This document shows, piece after piece, positions 28,156 through 32,000 of a DNA stretch of 32,000 bases (the first letter of the stretch is position 1; each line of letters begins with the position of its first letter). Made by a program: the position numbers and the translations under genes. The DNA comes from Cylindrospermopsis raciborskii Cr2010 (GTDB taxonomy: Bacteria; Cyanobacteriota; Cyanobacteriia; Cyanobacteriales; Nostocaceae). Location: NCBI RefSeq assembly GCF_003367075.2, contig NZ_CP065936.1:690001-722000 (forward strand), written 5' to 3'. Under the pieces are notes generated by a model. The model worked only from the letters and a program-made list of their open reading frames with translations, was not told where the DNA came from and made no database searches.

Positions 28156-30393
28156 ATGAATTTATTTCCCAACAGCTCTATTGTTTATCAGAAATATATG
28201 AGAATTGTTCATCAAATTGTTCATCAAATTCATAAGATTCTTAGTAGTTTATTTTCTCAAAAGTCCTCTTTACTCAAATCTGGAAACATAGGTTTTCAGA
28301 TGTTACTGGTCACAATTTGTGGATTGATAATAATTTCTAGCACTACAGCATCTGGATTTGAATACACAACATCCTGGGTAGGTAATACTATAGGTAAGGG
28401 AAAACTGAGGGTACAAAATAATATAGAAGCTATGTATGTGACAGCCAATGGGCTGATTTACACAAATAGTATTTGGGATGAAAATGGAGGAGAAGCAGGA
28501 ATATATGAAAATGGTAAACCCATTGCATTTTTAGAAGATTTACATGGTTGGTATCGTCTTGGTGGTCGAGCAGTAACTGCAAATAATAAATATATTTATG
28601 TAGCCATGAGTCAAGGATCACTCCAAGGTGAAAAAGGAGGTGACAAAGATAGTTATCCACCCCAAGATAAAACTTGGTATTGTGTTAGACGTTATAATTT
28701 ACAAGGAAAACCTATTGCTTTTACCCAAGGTAAGGGTTGGGACAAAAGTATGTTGGTTATTAGTGACCAAGCGGAAGTAACCGGGTTGGCCACCCTTGGT
28801 GATAAATTGTTTGTCAGTCATGGGGGTAGTAATATGGTGAGAATTTTTCATAGGGAAACTATGGAAGAAATTGGCAGATTCCCTGTAGAAAATCCTGGAG
28901 GAATAGTTATTGATCAGCAGAATAATTTGTGGATTATCCAAAATAAAAAAGGGAACAAATCTGGAAAAGTATTGCACTACAGTCCCTCTGGGAAAAAATT
29001 GCCACAAGAAATTATGGATGTGCAAGATCCAACAGCGATCGCCATGGATCCGAAAAATAGATTATTGGTTGCAGAAAATAGTGAACGCCAGCAGATAGTA
29101 ATTTATGAAATAAAGAATCAACCTTTACAGGTGGGAACTTTTGGAGATAAAAAAGGTATTTATGGTGGTGTACCGGGAGCAGTTAGAGATTTAAAACTCT
29201 ATGGTATTACTGCCATTGGTACGGATCGAGTAGGCAATCTATATATTAATAGTAATGGATTTAATAGATCGGGAACAGATCTGAGGAAATTTTCTCCTTC
29301 AGGAAAATTACAATGGCAATTACTGGGTTTAATATTTGTGGATAATGGGGATACGGATCCGCAAAGTGACGGGACAGTCATCTTCACCAAACATGAAAAA
29401 TACCTAGTAGATTATAGTAAACCCATTGGTAAACAATGGACTTATCAGGCCTATACTTTAAACCCTTTTAAATATCCTCAAGACCCTCGGTTACACACCG
29501 CCCCTGATGGTCCGATTTTTCGCCGTATTCAAGGCAAACCATTTTTATTTCTGACGGACATGTTTGGGCGTTTATTACAAATTTATCGCTTTCAACCACA
29601 AACTGATGGGGAAATTGCAGTTCCTGCAGGGATGTTTGTGGGAACTAATGATAAAGGTAAAGCCATTAATGGTAATTGGCCTCCCCTTCAACCAAGTAAG
29701 GGAGAATGGATTTGGCGTGATAAGAATGGTAATGGTGCATTCGAACAAAATGAGTATGAAAGCAGCGAAGATTATTTATATATAGGTGGTTGGTGGGTAG
29801 ATACTAAAGGGGACGTATGGAAAACCCTACGGACTGAGGATGGTATTCGTCACTATCCTCTACAGGGATTGGATAGTCGGGGAAATCCAATTTATAGCTA
29901 TGGTTCTATGAAAAGAGAAAGAACTCCTCGTATGTTTCGAGATTTGCGCAGGATTGAATATTTCCCAGACACAGATACTATGTATTTGTCTGGTTTTACA
30001 GTTGATCATCCTTCCGTTGGTGATGATACCGGGGTTGTGGGATCAGAAATTATCCGCTTTGATCGCTGGAGTCAAGGAAATCGCACTCCCAAATGGCGAG
30101 CAGTAATTCCCTATGACAATACAGGTCAACGAGAAGTATCTACTGCTGCTATGAGCGTAGCAGGAGATTATGTATTTGCTGTTACAGTTAAAACTGCGGA
30201 GGTCTATGTTTATAGAAACGATACGGGAAAATTTGTGCGCAAATTTGGTCCAGGTCCAGAAGTCGGTAAGGAAAGTGGTTGGGTGGATATTCCCCATGGT
30301 ATTCGAGCTTTTCGTCGTCGCAATGGTGAATACTTATTGTTTGTAGAGGAGAATAGAAATGGCAAGGTGATTATTTATCGGTTCCGTTTTTAA
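28156..30393 (+). CDS. Exported or membrane-anchored beta-propeller protein (NHL/SMP-30-like repeats) with an EF-hand-like Ca-binding loop
   Basis: Signal/anchor segment MLLVTICGLIIISSTTASG; the real start is probably at about 28300. Recurrent blade-like motifs are GIVIDQQNNLWI, PTAIAMDPKNRLLVAEN and AIGTDRVGNLYINSNG. DKNGNGAFEQNE fits the 12-residue EF-hand loop. Function is unknown. Confidence 0.6.
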   Translation: MNLFPNSSIVYQKYMRIVHQIVHQIHKILSSLFSQKSSLLKSGNIGFQMLLVTICGLIIISSTTASGFEYTTSWVGNTIGKGKLRVQNNIEAMYVTANGLIYTNSIWDENGGEAGIYENGKPIAFLEDLHGWYRLGGRAVTANNKYIYVAMSQGSLQGEKGGDKDSYPPQDKTWYCVRRYNLQGKPIAFTQGKGWDKSMLVISDQAEVTGLATLGDKLFVSHGGSNMVRIFHRETMEEIGRFPVENPGGIVIDQQNNLWIIQNKKGNKSGKVLHYSPSGKKLPQEIMDVQDPTAIAMDPKNRLLVAENSERQQIVIYEIKNQPLQVGTFGDKKGIYGGVPGAVRDLKLYGITAIGTDRVGNLYINSNGFNRSGTDLRKFSPSGKLQWQLLGLIFVDNGDTDPQSDGTVIFTKHEKYLVDYSKPIGKQWTYQAYTLNPFKYPQDPRLHTAPDGPIFRRIQGKPFLFLTDMFGRLLQIYRFQPQTDGEIAVPAGMFVGTNDKGKAINGNWPPLQPSKGEWIWRDKNGNGAFEQNEYESSEDYLYIGGWWVDTKGDVWKTLRTEDGIRHYPLQGLDSRGNPIYSYGSMKRERTPRMFRDLRRIEYFPDTDTMYLSGFTVDHPSVGDDTGVVGSEIIRFDRWSQGNRTPKWRAVIPYDNTGQREVSTAAMSVAGDYVFAVTVKTAEVYVYRNDTGKFVRKFGPGPEVGKESGWVDIPHGIRAFRRRNGEYLLFVEENRNGKVIIYRFRF

Positions 30394-30491
30394 AAACAAT
30401 GACCATCTTCATATTCACATTCTGAATTTACACAATCAACAAATATCAGGTGTCTACATTCATTATCATAGTGAATAGGTTGTTAAGTAGG

Positions 30492-30600
30492 TGAGTGGAA
30501 TTAAACATAAGATGAACGTAGGTTGGGTTGAGGAACGAAACCCAACGCCCCCATGGGTTACCCTACCACTAACCCATCCTACAAATAATTGTGCCTCCCT
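30492..30600 (-). repeat. Dispersed intergenic repeat, long copy (inverted relative to 19143-19217)
   Basis: Both ends match copy A in reverse complement. It carries extra internal segments, including the hairpin GTTGGGTT-gaggaacga-AACCCAAC. Confidence 0.8.
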
Positions 30601-30693
30601 ACTTAGCTAAATTCTGGCTTTAGCTATAACGCCTATGACCATGGGATTGATGTTCATTAACAAGTTGATCCGTAATTAATAAATGACGGTTTT

Positions 30694-31497
30694 ATGAGTA
30701 GTTTTATGAGGAATATGCAAAAAACAACTTTGAGTAAATTACAAAGATTAATTCCCATTCATTTTTTAAGTACCATTCAGTATATCCATGCCTGTTTACT
30801 TTCGCACTGGATTTTACGATGGGGGAGTCAACCAATAGCATTGACCACAGCACCAGTTATGGTTTTCTCCCCCCATCAGGATGATGAGACTTTTGGCTGC
30901 GGGGGAATGATTGCTCGCAAACGACAACAGGCAATTAGGGTGGGAGTGGTGTTTCTTACCGATGGAAGAGGTTCCCATGGACTAGAACCTAATATCCAAA
31001 ATCAGGTTATGCAAATTCGTCAGCAGGAGTCCCTACAAGCATTAGAAATTTTGGGAGTTCCCCAAACAGAAATTAAGTTTTTAAATAGGGAGGATGGCAG
31101 TTTATTAGATTTGAATATTTCTCAAAAAAGACAACTGATCTCAGAAATAGTTACTTTGTTAAGAGATTATCAACCAGGTGAGGTTTATGTGCCTCATTTT
31201 AAGGATTGTCACAGAGATCACGAGGCTACATATTCTCTGGTAAAAGAGGCGATCGCCGAAAGTGGAATAAGCGTAGAACTTTTGCAGTACCCTATTTGGA
31301 TTTTTTGGAGAGCACCATTATTTATTCTGTTAAAATTACGGGATATTGCCCCAGCTTATAGATTATCAGTTGCACAAGTTCAATCTCAAAAACAACAGGC
31401 GATCGCCGCCTATTCTTCTCAAATATCCACTCTTCCTCGGGGCTTTATTAAGAGATTTTTACAAGCGGAAGAAATCTTCTTTAAAACGGAATATTAA
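30694..31497 (+). CDS. PIG-L/LmbE-family N-acetylglucosaminyl deacetylase
   Basis: VMVFSPHQDDETFGCGGMIA and HRDHEAT are the zinc-binding signature of PIG-L deacetylases. The exact start among the first three Met codons is unresolved. Confidence 0.85.
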   Translation: MSSFMRNMQKTTLSKLQRLIPIHFLSTIQYIHACLLSHWILRWGSQPIALTTAPVMVFSPHQDDETFGCGGMIARKRQQAIRVGVVFLTDGRGSHGLEPNIQNQVMQIRQQESLQALEILGVPQTEIKFLNREDGSLLDLNISQKRQLISEIVTLLRDYQPGEVYVPHFKDCHRDHEATYSLVKEAIAESGISVELLQYPIWIFWRAPLFILLKLRDIAPAYRLSVAQVQSQKQQAIAAYSSQISTLPRGFIKRFLQAEEIFFKTEY

Positions 31498-31542
31498 TTC
31501 TAGAGAAAATCAGTTTAAAAAAATACTGAGGAGTAAAAATAA

Positions 31543-32000
31543 ATGCGAATTTTACACTTAACTAACCATATTCAAAATGTTGGTAACGGTATTGTCAATG
31601 TGGCAGTAGATTTGGCTTGTTTACAAGCCACAGACGGTTTAGAAGTGGCAATTGCTTCCCTGGGAGGAGAATACGAAATACTCTTAGAAAAGTATGGTAT
31701 TTCTCACTTTGAATTAGACCAGTCCCGGAGAGTAACCAAGTTAATTAAGGCAGTTTATTCCTACCGGGACATAATTAAAAAATTTCAACCTGATATAGTT
31801 CATTGCCACATGATGACAGGAGTTTTACTAGCAGGAATTTTTAGAAATAATCATGAATATGGTTTAGTTGCTACAGTGCATAATGAATTCCAACGCAGTG
31901 CAATATTAATGGGATTAGCAGATCGGGTAATTGCAGTCAGTCATGCGGTGGCTAATTCGATGATCCGTCGTGGAATCCCATCCCGAAAATTGCGGGTAGT
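31543..32000 (+). CDS. Family 4 glycosyltransferase, N-terminal part (runs off the window)
   Basis: The ATG at 31543 is preceded by GAGGAG (31528-31533). MRILHLTNHIQNVGNGIVNVAVDLA...DIVHCHMM...TVHNEF is typical of the Glyco_trans_4 N-domain. This ORF is absent from the supplied track because it has no stop codon within the window. Confidence 0.8.
   Translation, partial: MRILHLTNHIQNVGNGIVNVAVDLACLQATDGLEVAIASLGGEYEILLEKYGISHFELDQSRRVTKLIKAVYSYRDIIKKFQPDIVHCHMMTGVLLAGIFRNNHEYGLVATVHNEFQRSAILMGLADRVIAVSHAVANSMIRRGIPSRKLRV

Noticed and set aside
13361-30297. Other short overlapping ORFs in the track (13361-13549, 14653-14844, 15216-15443, 16173-16361, 20136-20369, 20477-20680, 20717-20959, 24083-24373, 26228-26419, 28430-28660, 28699-29025, 28910-29098, 29199-29390, 29564-29785, 30043-30297)
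   Set aside because: Each lies inside or antisense to a well-supported CDS and has no independent evidence.
31346-31561. 71-aa ORF overlapping the end of the PIG-L gene and the start of the GT4 gene
   Set aside because: It is an out-of-frame overlap with two supported genes, and its Lys/Arg-rich, low-complexity translation is typical of AT-rich frames.
1-32000. Search for CRISPR arrays, tRNA/rRNA genes, riboswitches and prophage structural genes
   Set aside because: I saw no regularly spaced direct repeats, no cloverleaf-compatible tRNA-like segments in the intergenic regions, and no rRNA-like sequence. A tRNAscan or Infernal run would be needed to exclude small RNAs formally.

Overview
This window looks like a cyanobacterial chromosome segment, probably Nostocales-like. 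The basis is HIP1 (GCGATCGC) palindromes, psb27, rpaA, a CphA2-type cyanophycin synthetase, cofH and a HetI-like PPTase. From about 13.2 to 32 kb the genes are ordinary: HAD hydrolase, EamA transporter, C-N hydrolase, class II FBP aldolase, ABC exporter, ABC-2 permease, Uma2 endonuclease, RpaA, Sfp-type PPTase, a frameshifted CphA2-like gene, GT2/GtrA glycosyltransferase, CofH, Psb27, an exported beta-propeller protein, a PIG-L deacetylase and a partial GT4. The left 12.5 kb is the interesting part. It starts with a nested IS pair: an IS5/Harbinger-like element inserted inside an ISL3 transposase gene. The ISL3 end lies about 40 bp from the 3' end of a 10.5-kb, three-gene minus-strand cluster. 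That cluster encodes a 993-aa orphan, a translationally coupled 304-aa orphan, and a 2,123-aa DEAH helicase. The helicase has a split core interrupted by several Cys4 zinc ribbons, a DUF1998/MrfA-type zinc module and a 349-aa uncharacterised C-terminal extension. The cluster looks AT-richer on sampled lines and is almost devoid of HIP1. I read it as a horizontally acquired candidate anti-phage system, closest in logic to Druantia type III (DruH+DruE) but with an extra gene and unverified partners. All homology calls rest on motif recognition by eye; no database search was run.
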